From assembly GCA_033763355.1 (NCBI GenBank), contig JANRKT010000081.1:1-34857 (forward strand): DNA of 34,857 nucleotides, in the 5' to 3' direction. A program made the translations under genes and the position numbers. This document shows positions 17,962-27,817 of this stretch, piece by piece. Position 1 is the first letter of the stretch, and each line of letters starts with the position of its first letter. The notes beneath the pieces were generated by a model. That model had not been told where the DNA came from and searched no databases. It saw nothing but the letters and a program-made list of their open reading frames with translations. The stretch is from Chitinophagaceae bacterium. Lineage in GTDB: Bacteria; Bacteroidota; Bacteroidia; Chitinophagales; Chitinophagaceae.

Positions 17962-19518
17962 TTAATGCAGCTCAATAGTCTCTACTTCGGGAATATCTTT
18001 CAGGATGAGTTGTATGTGTTTGCGGTGTGCTTTGGTTTTGTAGTCCTGGAATATTTCAAGAATATCACGGTCAATATAAACGCTGTCTGATCCGTCAATT
18101 TCCACAACAGAGTATTCGGGTATTTTATCCAGCATTTCCATAAAGCGCTTTTTATTGAGAAAACTAACGTTTAATGCAAGCCCGATAGTAAAACGCTTTA
18201 TGTCACCTTCTTTTTTTTCTTTAATGCTGTATCCTGCACGGTAAGTGTGTTTGATTAAAAAATAAATGGAATAAGCAATGCCTATCGCAACTCCTATCAG
18301 CAGGTCAGTAAAAAGGATGGCAATAACCGTTACAATAAACGGCAGAAACTGTTCCCGGCCCTGTTTATAAACGGCATAAATCATCCCGGGCTTGGCAAGG
18401 CTGTATCCCGTCTTTGTGAGGATGACGGCCAGCACACAGAACGGGACCAGGTTAAGAAAGGGAACGGCAAACAGTACTGCAAGCAATAGCCAGATGCCAT
18501 GTGTAAATGAAGAAAGTTTTGTTTTTGCACCAGCCTCTGCATTGGCTGAGCTGCGCACAATAACAGCCGTAACAGGCAAACCACCCAGTAAACCACTCAG
18601 AAAATTTCCTGTTCCCTGAGCCACCAGTTCACGGTTTTGCGGTGTAATGCGGTTGTATGGGTCCAGTTTGTCAATGGCTTCAATGCTCAGCAGTGTTTCA
18701 AGTGTTGCTACAAAACAAATTACCAAAGCATTTCTCCATATTTCTGCATTACTGAAAAGTGCATTGAACCGGGGAAATGTTACCTGTGAAAAAATGTTTT
18801 CTGGTACTGTTACAAACTGAGTTGGCTGCAGGTGAAGCAGGGAAGAGTTTTTAAGTATAAAAGCCATTAAGGTACCTGCGGCAACTACAATAAAAGAAAC
18901 AGGCAGAAAAGGAATTTTTTTAGACACCCACCTCTCCCATATACCAATCAGCAAAATGGAAAACAAAGCAAGCACAATGGCGCCGGGCGTAATGCTGTGG
19001 TATAAATTGCTGATGTGCTGAAAACCGTGGTTAAAGGTAAAGATGTTAAACAGTTCATTTGTCCAGAAATCGGGTTTGTCATAACCTATCAGCAGGGGGA
19101 TTTGTTTTGAAATAAGAATAATTCCGATTGCAGTGAGCATGCCTTTAATAACTGCTGAAGGAATAAAATGGGTAAACCCGCCCAGCCTAAAAAGCCCGAG
19201 CAGGATTTGAAGGATACCCGCTATTGCAATTGATAAAAAGAAAATTTCAATGGCCCCCAGTTTGGTAATGGCTGCAGCGCAAATGGCCGTAAGACCGGCA
19301 GCCGGGCCGCTTACACTCAGTTCCGATTTACTGAACAGCGAAATGACGATGCCTCCTATAATCCCTGCAATGAGGCCTGAATAAACAGGTGCATTGGATG
19401 CAAGGGAAATTCCAAGGCATAAGGGGAGTGCAACAAAGAAAACGGTAATGCTTGCTTTAAAATCGTGTTTGAGAAATGCAAGAAAATAATACCTGTACTT
19501 CCTTCCTGGTATATTCAT
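17962..19518 (-). CDS. SulP-family anion transporter with C-terminal STAS domain
   Basis: 518 aa. ...FFVALPLCLGISLASNAPVYSGLIAGIIGGIV...SVSGPAAGLTAI... are SulP signature regions. The C-terminal ~120 aa is STAS-like. Confidence 0.85.
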   Translation of the reverse strand: MNIPGRKYRYYFLAFLKHDFKASITVFFVALPLCLGISLASNAPVYSGLIAGIIGGIVISLFSKSELSVSGPAAGLTAICAAAITKLGAIEIFFLSIAIAGILQILLGLFRLGGFTHFIPSAVIKGMLTAIGIILISKQIPLLIGYDKPDFWTNELFNIFTFNHGFQHISNLYHSITPGAIVLALFSILLIGIWERWVSKKIPFLPVSFIVVAAGTLMAFILKNSSLLHLQPTQFVTVPENIFSQVTFPRFNALFSNAEIWRNALVICFVATLETLLSIEAIDKLDPYNRITPQNRELVAQGTGNFLSGLLGGLPVTAVIVRSSANAEAGAKTKLSSFTHGIWLLLAVLFAVPFLNLVPFCVLAVILTKTGYSLAKPGMIYAVYKQGREQFLPFIVTVIAILFTDLLIGVAIGIAYSIYFLIKHTYRAGYSIKEKKEGDIKRFTIGLALNVSFLNKKRFMEMLDKIPEYSVVEIDGSDSVYIDRDILEIFQDYKTKAHRKHIQLILKDIPEVETIELH

Positions 19519-19587
19519 GTTGACTGCAAAAATCGGAAAAAATACGGTGCAGTCATTTAAGGATTTTGTTCAGGTGGCAGGTACTAT

Positions 19588-20469
19588 TTATTTCTTTTTC
19601 CGTGAAAACCGCTTAAGGATGTTGCTTACAATTTTATCATTTGCACCCAGCCAGCCCTTTATTTCGGTATAAACAGCCACCATCATGTTATCCAGTTTTA
19701 CCATAAATTTTTTACTGCCTTCACCAGGCCTTGCTTTGTAGTAAGTGGCGCGGCGGAAGGGTTTTTCTTCAATGGTATAATAGTATAAAGCAATTGATCT
19801 CCTGAACTGGCCTTCGGGGCAGGTCATGGGTTCAGGGTGGCCATGATAAGAATCTGCATCTGTATTGAATATTACACAACGGTTAAAAACAGGCGAAACC
19901 TTTTTCTCACAGGCTTTCATTTGTTTGTCCCACAGTTCCAGTTGGCCGCCCCATTCGTCCTGCCAGTTTTTGTTCAGGTAAACCAATACATTAATACGGC
20001 GCTGCCAGTGGCGGTGATGCGGGTGTACTGTAAAATCAGCATGAATGTTCAGGTATCCGCCTCTTTTTGACTGATGTACCCCGCCGCCTTCAAGCATGTC
20101 GTCACTCACTAAATTTTTTATACCCGTTAATGTGCTGAGGAACTGAAGGAATTCGTTGGAGTTGAGTTCTGTAATGGTATTCCTGATAGTTGCCGGCAAC
20201 AGGTCAATCTTATTTAAACCCCGCTTGTTTTCATTGAAGTGAACGTAATTGATCCAGCCGTCGGTTTCATTCAGTTTGTTGAATTCGTCAATACACTGGC
20301 CCAGTACTTCGGGGTTAAGGGAATTTTCAAGTACGATATGCGGATAAGGAGAACTTTGCTGGTATTGTTTGCTCAGCTCACCGAGCCTGCTGTTCCATTT
20401 GCTGTAATCAAAAATCTGCCTGCGTGCCTGTACTTCCAGAACTTCCATAGTATTTGATTTAATGGGCAA
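19588..20469 (-). CDS. 2OG-Fe(II) oxygenase (prolyl-4-hydroxylase-like fold)
   Basis: HxD...H...RxS pattern: GGYLNIHADF, WGGQLELW, SYHGHPE and RRSIALYYY. Confidence 0.65.
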   Translation of the reverse strand: MPIKSNTMEVLEVQARRQIFDYSKWNSRLGELSKQYQQSSPYPHIVLENSLNPEVLGQCIDEFNKLNETDGWINYVHFNENKRGLNKIDLLPATIRNTITELNSNEFLQFLSTLTGIKNLVSDDMLEGGGVHQSKRGGYLNIHADFTVHPHHRHWQRRINVLVYLNKNWQDEWGGQLELWDKQMKACEKKVSPVFNRCVIFNTDADSYHGHPEPMTCPEGQFRRSIALYYYTIEEKPFRRATYYKARPGEGSKKFMVKLDNMMVAVYTEIKGWLGANDKIVSNILKRFSRKKK

Positions 20470-20505
20470 AGATAATGTACAGGCAGGTGCAGGCCAAAAG
20501 CAGCC

Positions 20506-21249
20506 CTAACCCGTAAGCAGTTTCCATTTGTATAATTTCAGTTTGGTAAGCCGGTAAAGCAGGCTTACTTTAAGTACCCCCAGGCCATAGGTTACACTTC
20601 TCTTAAAATTAATGGAAGAGGCATCATCAAAATATTTTGTGGGACAGGTGATTTCTGCAATTTCAAAGCCTTTGTAAAAAATCTGCGCTATCATTTCATT
20701 GTCGAAAATAAAATCATCGGAGTTGTGGGCAAGGTCAATCGTTTGCAGCACTTTTCCCGAAAAAGCACGGTAACCGGTATGGTATTCACTCAGTTTCTGG
20801 TTCATTAACTGGTTTTGCAGAAAAGTAAGGATGCGGTTGGCAACGTATTTATACAATGGCATTCCCCCTTTCAGCGCCCCTTTTCCCAAAATGCGTGAAC
20901 CGAAAACAACCGGGTAAACCCCGTTGCCTATCAGTGACACCATTGATGTAACCAGTTTTGGAGTGTACTGGTAATCGGGGTGCAGCATTACAATAATATC
21001 CCCGCCCAGTTCAAGGGCTTTTGCATAGCATGTTTTCTGGTTGCCACCATAGCCTTTGTTGTTTTCGTGCCTGATAACGTGCTGTATGCCCAGTTCACGG
21101 GCTACTGTACTGGTGCTGTCGCGGCTGTAGTCATCCACCAGCACCACTTCGTCCACAATATCAAAAGGGATTTCCCGGTATGTCTGTTCCAGTGTTTTTT
21201 CAGCATTATAAGCCGGCAACACAATTACTACTTTCTGCCCGTTGTACAT
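20506..21249 (-). CDS. Family 2 glycosyltransferase (DPM1/ArnC-like polyprenyl-phosphate sugar synthase catalytic domain)
   Basis: VVIVLPAYNAEKTL...VVLVDDYSRDST...GDIIVMLHPDYQYTP... is the GT-A DxD-type architecture. 247 aa. Confidence 0.8.
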   Translation of the reverse strand: MYNGQKVVIVLPAYNAEKTLEQTYREIPFDIVDEVVLVDDYSRDSTSTVARELGIQHVIRHENNKGYGGNQKTCYAKALELGGDIIVMLHPDYQYTPKLVTSMVSLIGNGVYPVVFGSRILGKGALKGGMPLYKYVANRILTFLQNQLMNQKLSEYHTGYRAFSGKVLQTIDLAHNSDDFIFDNEMIAQIFYKGFEIAEITCPTKYFDDASSINFKRSVTYGLGVLKVSLLYRLTKLKLYKWKLLTG

Positions 21250-21498
21250 GGGCGGAAAATTAGGGATTAATTGAGTAATTTATACACGGAAAAAAATCGG
21301 GAAGGAGCCTGTTTAATCAGGGGGCTGATTTTTGAAAGTCCTTTTTGTACCGGTTTTGTCCGGAGAAAATCCGGCAATAATACCCCGGTAAACGGCGTTT
21401 ATTTGACAATCCGTTAACGGATTATTACAATTCACATCAATATGTGTTTTGTTTTTTGCCCGATATTTATAGCTTTGAAGTCCAAAAAAATAATTGTT

Positions 21499-22005
21499 AT
21501 GAAAAGAATTACCATGACCCTTGTGGCTGCTTTTTTATTTATAGCAGCATTTGCCCAGAACGATAAAATGCATAAACACAACGGGGAGAAATCAGAAGTA
21601 AAAATCATTAAAGTAGGGGAGTGGACCATCAGCTACTCTTACCCGGGAGAAACTGCCGAACAAACCATCGGCAAATATGCCGTTGCAAAAATTGAATACG
21701 CCAGCGGCAGAACAGAAGATGTAACTGAAAAAATTACAGTAGCAGGCGAGGACGACTGGGAGAAAGTTGTGATTATTGAAGACAAAGGCGCAGCAATTGG
21801 TTTGAAAAAAATGGATGAGATAAGAGGCAAAACATCCGGCTGGATAGGTGTTCATACTGCAGGCAGCGCCGATAAAAAATCACTGAAAAAACTGAAGATG
21901 GCCGCTGCTGCAATGGGCGCACCGTTTATTTTAATGACATCAGATAAAGACAACCAGTTTACCAACCAGAGCATTAAAAAAGGGATTGCTTATTCCTATA
22001 AATAA
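21499..22005 (+). CDS. Hypothetical secreted protein
   Basis: The internal ATG gives MKRITMTLVAAFLFIAAFAQ, a signal peptide. The remainder has no recognisable motifs. Confidence 0.45.
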   Translation: MKRITMTLVAAFLFIAAFAQNDKMHKHNGEKSEVKIIKVGEWTISYSYPGETAEQTIGKYAVAKIEYASGRTEDVTEKITVAGEDDWEKVVIIEDKGAAIGLKKMDEIRGKTSGWIGVHTAGSADKKSLKKLKMAAAAMGAPFILMTSDKDNQFTNQSIKKGIAYSYK

Positions 22006-22015
22006 CTTGAGTTAA

Positions 22016-22053
22016 AAAGAATACGGTAGTTTCAAAAAACTACCGTATTCTTT
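22016..22053. terminator. Bidirectional hairpin between convergent genes: perfect 16-bp stem aagaatacggtagttt/aaactaccgtattctt with a 4-nt loop
   Basis: The palindrome was read directly. A T-run (ctttgtt) follows on the + strand and an A-rich stretch precedes it. Confidence 0.6.
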
Positions 22054-22068
22054 GTTGAATAAAGTAAA

Positions 22069-23592
22069 TCATTTCACCTCTTCGGCTTCCGTATCCACGG
22101 CAGTACCTCCTTTTTTCTTACCGAGGTAATCGGGCAAATCCATACCGGCCATATCAAAAATATCTTTTAAAGGCGGCACGGCTTTATACAAACCACTTAC
22201 AAAATTGGCAGTTGAATTTTTATCCCCGCCATTCTGCCCGCCTTCCCATACCGTTACTTTATCAATCTTAATATTTTTAATCGCTTCTGTCTGCATCTTT
22301 ACCAGTTCAGGTAATTTATCGGCAATAAGCAACAGTACCGCGTCTTTGGGGCTGTTGCCTGCGGATTTTACAATCCTGTCCAAACCTTCAGCCTGCTTGG
22401 TGAGTATTTCATACATACCCCTTGCTTCCGCTTCTAATTTGGCAAATATGGCATCGGCTTCACCCTTTGCTTTTTCACGCAGTTGCTCCGCTTGTGCCTG
22501 TGCTTCTATAATCAGCTTTTGTTTCTGTATATCGGCAGCTACCACAATGGTTGCATTCTGTGTGGCACGGTCCCTTTCTGCACGGGCCTCTTCCGCTTTC
22601 TTTTCCGCCAGATAAGCTTCTTCAAGTGCTTTGGCCGATTGTACTTTTTCTGCAGCAATCGCTTTTTTCAACGCTTCAGCTTCCCTTTCCCTTCTTTGCG
22701 AATCGGAATTGGCAATCTGGATCTTCGACTGGTTTTCTCCCTGTACAGCAAGGGCATTGGCTTCAGCCGTTTTAATACGGGTGTCCCTTTCTGCTTCAGC
22801 CTTACCGATATTTTCATCTTTTTTGGCACCCGCTATCTGCACCTCTTTATCTTTTACAGTTACCGCTACCTGTGTATCACGGTCTCGTACTGTTTCTGCC
22901 ACTTTAATATCCCTTTCTTTTTCTGCGGTGGTTTTACCAATGTCGCCTGTGCGTTCCTGTTCGGCCACTCTTATTTTCGCTTCGTTTATGGCTTTGGCGG
23001 CCGCTTCTTTACCCAATGCTTCAATATAACCGCTCTCATCTTTAATATCGGTTACGTTTACGTTAATCATCTTTAAACCGATCTTGTTCAGTTCAGCTTC
23101 CACATTGGATGCGATGTTGGCAAGGAATTTATCACGGTTGTTGTTGATCTCTTCAATATCCATCATCGCTACCACCAGGCGCATCTGACCAAGAATGATA
23201 TCCTTGGCAAGGTCATGTATCTGCGGCCTTTGCAAACCCAGCAAACGTTCTGCTGCATTCTGCATCACTGCGGGTTCGGTGGAAATGCCAACAGTAAAAC
23301 GGGACGGTACATCCACCCGGATGTTTTGTTTGCTCAGCGCACTGGTAAGGTTTACTTCAATAGAAATAGGCGTAAGGTCAAGGAATGAATAGTCCTGTAT
23401 AACGGGCCAGATAAATGCAGCGCCGCCGTGGATACATTTTGCCGTACGTGAGCCGTCAGGTCCTTTGCCCACTTTACCATACACAACAAGGATGCGGTCA
23501 GACGGGCAGCGTTTGTAACGCCTGAACATAGACAGGATCATGATGAGCAGGAACGCCGCTGCCGCTACAATTACAATAAGGATAAAATCCAT
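22069..23592 (-). CDS. Flotillin / SPFH (band 7) domain protein, YqiK-like
   Basis: N-terminal TM, then an SPFH region, then a long Ala/Glu/Lys-rich coiled coil (...EAEALKKAIAAEKVQSAKALEEAYLAEKKAEEARAE...) typical of flotillins. Confidence 0.8.
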   Translation of the reverse strand: MDFILIVIVAAAAFLLIMILSMFRRYKRCPSDRILVVYGKVGKGPDGSRTAKCIHGGAAFIWPVIQDYSFLDLTPISIEVNLTSALSKQNIRVDVPSRFTVGISTEPAVMQNAAERLLGLQRPQIHDLAKDIILGQMRLVVAMMDIEEINNNRDKFLANIASNVEAELNKIGLKMINVNVTDIKDESGYIEALGKEAAAKAINEAKIRVAEQERTGDIGKTTAEKERDIKVAETVRDRDTQVAVTVKDKEVQIAGAKKDENIGKAEAERDTRIKTAEANALAVQGENQSKIQIANSDSQRREREAEALKKAIAAEKVQSAKALEEAYLAEKKAEEARAERDRATQNATIVVAADIQKQKLIIEAQAQAEQLREKAKGEADAIFAKLEAEARGMYEILTKQAEGLDRIVKSAGNSPKDAVLLLIADKLPELVKMQTEAIKNIKIDKVTVWEGGQNGGDKNSTANFVSGLYKAVPPLKDIFDMAGMDLPDYLGKKKGGTAVDTEAEEVK

Positions 23593-23612
23593 AGTTAAGG
23601 GTTTTGGTGTTT

Positions 23613-24203
23613 TTAAGAAATGTTTGCTGTTACCAGTAAAATATTATCGTTAATAATGCCAACTACTTTTACAGGCCTGCCGGTGGAAATATCTGTTTCA
23701 TCATCCGTCATGGCCTGTAATTCATGCAGGCTGCCCTGCACCGTTACATGCACTTTACCGAAGCCGCTTCGCTTTGCAGGAATGAACAAATAAGTTTCGC
23801 CAATCTGCCTTACAGCATTCTGGATCTGCATGGTACCGCTTTCTTTTAGTTTGCCCACATTTTTAAACAGCAGCGCCATAATAAAAACCATTACCGCACC
23901 GCCCAGCAATGCCAGCAAAATGGAAACCGTTTTGCCCATGTTGCTGCTGTATGCAGCAAGGCCCACCCATCCGAACAGGGTAAAAAAGGCCACAAAGTTT
24001 TTAATGGTGAAGAACTGGTAGTTTACACCATCATCATCTCCAACATAGTCATCTGCATTGCCGGATTCTGCATCACCTTCACCGCCAAAAAGGGAGATCA
24101 GTGTCTGCAAAAGGAACAGCGCTGAAAATATAAGGGCAATGCCCCATAATATTTTTTCAAAACCCTGTAGCCCCTGCCACCAGGAAGAAATATCAAGTAA
24201 CAT
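23613..24203 (-). CDS. YqiJ/NfeD-like membrane protein (flotillin partner)
   Basis: 196 aa with two TM helices and a C-terminal soluble OB-like segment. It sits immediately upstream of the flotillin gene on the same strand with a 20-bp gap. Confidence 0.55.
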   Translation of the reverse strand: MLLDISSWWQGLQGFEKILWGIALIFSALFLLQTLISLFGGEGDAESGNADDYVGDDDGVNYQFFTIKNFVAFFTLFGWVGLAAYSSNMGKTVSILLALLGGAVMVFIMALLFKNVGKLKESGTMQIQNAVRQIGETYLFIPAKRSGFGKVHVTVQGSLHELQAMTDDETDISTGRPVKVVGIINDNILLVTANIS

Positions 24204-24387
24204 GTATGCTGAATTTTAAACCGAATATAGTTATTTCAGGAAAACCGGAAAGTTACCAATCCGAAGGTTTGCACAACTATTATTCAAAGGACAGGAAGAT
24301 ATGATTTTCTTAATAGCAGACGTAGTAACAGCAAAACGAGTTGTACAAACGCATAAGATTATTTTGAAAGCAATTGAATAAAAAAAT

Positions 24388-24417
24388 GCTATAGTTTCAA
24401 AAAACTACCGTAGTCTT
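24388..24417. repeat. Degenerate second copy of the 22016..22053 hairpin element (shared core tagtttcaaaaaactaccgta[tg]tctttgtt)
   Basis: About 30/33 identity to the first copy. The left arm is partly deleted. It sits 3 bp before the stop of the minus-strand gene 24420..25367. Confidence 0.45.
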
Positions 24418-24419
24418 TG

Positions 24420-25367
24420 TTATTTCCCCATCCACACCACTTTTTGCTCTGCCTTATGCGCTTTACTGATGATGTCTTTGTACAGTTCAGGCCGCCTTGC
24501 TTTAATGTAACGGTATCCGCCAGCCTGTGTAAGTTTTTCGGGGATTAATGTGGCCGTAACCAAATCATCACCCAATGTCCTGCATTCAGCAATAATATCT
24601 CCAAAAGGGTCAATGATCATGGAGCAGCCGTTTTTTAACTGGTCATCATCCATGCCAATGGGGTTTGAAAACACCGCATATACGGCATTATCATAAGCCC
24701 TTGCCGGCAGCCATTTCATCAGCCATTCCCTGCCTTTCATGCCTTCAAATTCCAAACGAAGAGATACAGGATCTGTTTCACGGTTTATCCAGAGTTCAGG
24801 ATCAACAAAACCGGCGCCGGGCCTTGTTGATGGCGTGCACATGGTAACATGCGGCATGAAGATAATATCGGCGCCAAGCAGTTTTGTGGCCCTTACATTT
24901 TCAATGATGTTGTTGTCGTAACAAATCAGTATCCCGCATTTCCATCCGTTTAATTCAAACACGGTATAACTGTTGCCCGGGTTTAAAAAAGGGTTGATAA
25001 ACGGGTGGAGTTTCCTGTGCTTGGCAACCAATCCATTTTTATCAACGCATACATACGCTTTAAATAAATTATCATCACGGTCTTTTTCAAACAGCCCCGC
25101 CAGAACGGCAACATCATGTTTTACAGCAATAGCAGTAAGTTTTTTAATGCTTTCCCCTTCCGGTACCAGTTCTGCCAGTTCAAGCATCTGTTCTTTTGAA
25201 AGATGCCGGGCAAACGTGTAACCTGTAACCGAACATTCATGAAAAGCAATTGCATGGCTGCCCTGCTGCGCAGCTTTTTTTGCAAGCCTGTCAATAACAG
25301 AAAGGTTATAGGCTTTGTCCCCGCTGCGGTGCTCAAACTGGGCTGAAGAAATTCTTATGTTTTCCAT
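24420..25367 (-). CDS. Carbon-nitrogen hydrolase (nitrilase superfamily)
   Basis: E-K-C triad contexts: AFHECSVTGY, KHRKLHPF and GWKCGILICYD. Confidence 0.8.
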   Translation of the reverse strand: MENIRISSAQFEHRSGDKAYNLSVIDRLAKKAAQQGSHAIAFHECSVTGYTFARHLSKEQMLELAELVPEGESIKKLTAIAVKHDVAVLAGLFEKDRDDNLFKAYVCVDKNGLVAKHRKLHPFINPFLNPGNSYTVFELNGWKCGILICYDNNIIENVRATKLLGADIIFMPHVTMCTPSTRPGAGFVDPELWINRETDPVSLRLEFEGMKGREWLMKWLPARAYDNAVYAVFSNPIGMDDDQLKNGCSMIIDPFGDIIAECRTLGDDLVTATLIPEKLTQAGGYRYIKARRPELYKDIISKAHKAEQKVVWMGK

Positions 25368-25495
25368 TTTATAATTTTACCGTTCCGCCTGTATAAATTT
25401 AAGGCATTCAGTCATTCATTTATTGCATCTTGCCATTAAAGTATTTAAGTCAAAAATATAGCGCTGGTATTTTTTTAAACACGTGTTCCCGTATA

Positions 25496-27709
25496 ATGAT
25501 CAGGCAAGTTACTTTTTTGCTGTTTTTTATTTCACCTGCAGTTTTTGCGCAGGATGCTGAAATTTTTAAACCTGCTTCCATCAAAAAAGAAATTGAAGCG
25601 GTGCAGGTATCTTCTTTTCTGCGCATAGATGGCGTAATGAATGAAGCGGAATGGAAGCTGGCAAAACCTTCGCCGCGTTTTGTGCAGATAGAACCTTACC
25701 AGGGGCAAAGCCCAAACCATGAAACCGAAGTGAGGGTTTTATACAACCGGCAGTATTTATACTTTGGTATCTTCTCTCATGATTCGCTCGGAAAAAAAGC
25801 CATTCGTGCCACTGATTTCAGAAGGGATTTCAATTTCCGGCAGCATGACCTTGTTACTTTATCATTTGACGGCTTTAATGATAAACGCAATGCCATGTCT
25901 CTTGCTGTAAATGCATATGGTGTGCAGCGTGACCTGCTGGCATTTGATGATACCTATTATGATATTGACTGGGATGGCCTCTGGCGGGTAAGAACCACAA
26001 GAACAGATTCAGGATGGATTGCAGAGATAGCTATACCGTGGCAAACATTACGTTACCCCAAAACCACTGACAGCATCCAGAACTGGGGATTTAATATTTA
26101 CCGCAACCGGAGGCTTACCAATGAGATCACAGCGTTTTCTCCGTTTCCCCGTTCCTTCAGTTCAGTAAGGATGGATTATGCAGGCGTGCTGAAAAATTTA
26201 AAACCCCCGCCGCCCAAACCCAATATCCGAATCCAGCCGTATTTTCTTACTTCTTATGATCACTACAAAAATTTTCCCGCCAGTGTAAAAGCAGAAGCAA
26301 CCAATTATAAGTTTGGCGGGGATTTAAAGTGGGCCATCAACCCTAACGCTGTTCTGGATTTAACCGCCAATACTGATTTTGCACAGGCCGATGCTGACCG
26401 GCAGGTAAATAATGTTACCCGGTTTTCGGTTTTCTTTCCTGAACGAAGACAGTTCTTTTTAGAGAATGCATCATTGTTTGCGGTGGGTGTGGCCCCCAAT
26501 GATGATTTGTCCGGTGGTTCCATGCGCATCCAACCTTTTTTCAGCCGGAGGATCGGGCTTGATGAAAGTGGCAACCCCATACCTATTGATGCAGGCGGAA
26601 GATTTGTGTACCGTTCTTCCAAAAGAAACTACGGTGCATTGATAATGCGGCAGCGTAAAACTGAAAATTCCCCTGCAGCTAATTTTTTTGTGGCAAGGTT
26701 CAGCGAAAATTTCGGCAGGCAAAACCGTATCGGTGCATTGATGACAGTAAAAAACCAACCGGGTGGTTCCAATGTGGTAAGCGCTGTTGATGGTTTCTTC
26801 CGTTTCAATGAATCACATTCGCTCAATACAATGCTTATACATTCTGCCACTACAACGCCTGGCGGCAAGAATGGCTTTGCAGGATATGCACAATACTATT
26901 ATACCAGTAACCAATGGAAACTCTGGTGGACACAATCTGTGGTTACTAAAGATTTCAATCCCGGAACCGGTTTTGTTTCCCGCAACGATGTGGTGGGCAC
27001 AACACCGGGCATCTTCTGGTATTACCGCGGCAGCAAACTTCCGTTTAAAAAGTTTATCCGTGCATTTGAGCCGGGCGTACTTACTGAATTTTATCACCAG
27101 GCATCAACAGGTAAACTGATAGAAAGGCAATTAAATTTTAATCCCGTCTGGCTCAATTTCCAGAACGGGGGTTATTTTGGTTATCTTATTAATCCGACTT
27201 TTCAAAGGTTAACAGAACCCTTTCAGCCATTGGGATTAAATATTGCTACGGATAATTACAACTATGTGCAGCACCAGTTTTATTTCAGTGCAGACCAGTC
27301 GAAAATTATTAACCTGCTTGTTAATTATACTTTCGGAACTTATTTTAATGGCAAACTGAGTTCTGCGGATTTAAGGTTGCAGTTTGCACCCGATCCGCAT
27401 TTTGCAATGGTTGCACGGTTTAACCGCAACCATTTTAAAGCGGTGGGAGAACCCAGAACCAATGCCACCGTTGACCTGTACAGCATTGAAGGACGGCTTG
27501 CACTGAACCCACGCCTGCAGCTTATCGGTTTTTACCAGCGCAATTCAGAAAACAAACTGCAGAATTACAATATCCGGCTTTCGTGGGAGTACCAGCCGCT
27601 TTCTTTTTTATACATTGTATTCAACCACCGCGGATTTGATAACCTTCAACGGGTAAGACAAGTTGAAGACCACGTGATAGGAAAGATCAGTTACCTGCGG
27701 CAGTTGTAA
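25496..27709 (+). CDS. Secreted DUF5916 / CBM9-like domain protein (large beta-rich outer-membrane-associated protein)
   Basis: Signal peptide MIRQVTFLLFFISPAVFAQ from the ATG at 25496. The N-terminal region (EWKLAKPSPRFVQIEPYQGQ...YLYFGIF) resembles CBM9-like sugar-binding domains. The long C-terminal region is rich in alternating aromatic and polar residues, suggesting beta structure. Confidence 0.45.
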   Translation: MIRQVTFLLFFISPAVFAQDAEIFKPASIKKEIEAVQVSSFLRIDGVMNEAEWKLAKPSPRFVQIEPYQGQSPNHETEVRVLYNRQYLYFGIFSHDSLGKKAIRATDFRRDFNFRQHDLVTLSFDGFNDKRNAMSLAVNAYGVQRDLLAFDDTYYDIDWDGLWRVRTTRTDSGWIAEIAIPWQTLRYPKTTDSIQNWGFNIYRNRRLTNEITAFSPFPRSFSSVRMDYAGVLKNLKPPPPKPNIRIQPYFLTSYDHYKNFPASVKAEATNYKFGGDLKWAINPNAVLDLTANTDFAQADADRQVNNVTRFSVFFPERRQFFLENASLFAVGVAPNDDLSGGSMRIQPFFSRRIGLDESGNPIPIDAGGRFVYRSSKRNYGALIMRQRKTENSPAANFFVARFSENFGRQNRIGALMTVKNQPGGSNVVSAVDGFFRFNESHSLNTMLIHSATTTPGGKNGFAGYAQYYYTSNQWKLWWTQSVVTKDFNPGTGFVSRNDVVGTTPGIFWYYRGSKLPFKKFIRAFEPGVLTEFYHQASTGKLIERQLNFNPVWLNFQNGGYFGYLINPTFQRLTEPFQPLGLNIATDNYNYVQHQFYFSADQSKIINLLVNYTFGTYFNGKLSSADLRLQFAPDPHFAMVARFNRNHFKAVGEPRTNATVDLYSIEGRLALNPRLQLIGFYQRNSENKLQNYNIRLSWEYQPLSFLYIVFNHRGFDNLQRVRQVEDHVIGKISYLRQL

Positions 27710-27735
27710 TAAACTGTGAAGCTTAAAATATTAAG

Positions 27736-27806
27736 AGACCTGACGGGTTTCTGCAAGATAGCTGAAGAAAATACTCATGCTGAAAAGACCCGTCAGGTCT
27801 TTTTAT
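27736..27806 (+). terminator. Stem-loop with a 13-bp perfect stem (agacctgacgggt/acccgtcaggtct), a 38-nt loop and a tttttatt tail
   Basis: Read directly. It lies 27 nt after the DUF5916 stop. The loop is unusually large for an intrinsic terminator. Confidence 0.5.
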
Positions 27807-27817
27807 TACACCCCTTA

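Noticed and set aside
22205-23076. Several long + strand ORFs (136, 197, 132 and 74 aa) overlapping the flotillin gene
   Set aside because: They are antisense to the Ala/Glu/Lys-rich coiled-coil repeat. Their translations are low-complexity (Ser/Ala/Phe/Leu-rich) with no motifs. They are the artefact expected opposite a GC-skewed repetitive coding region.
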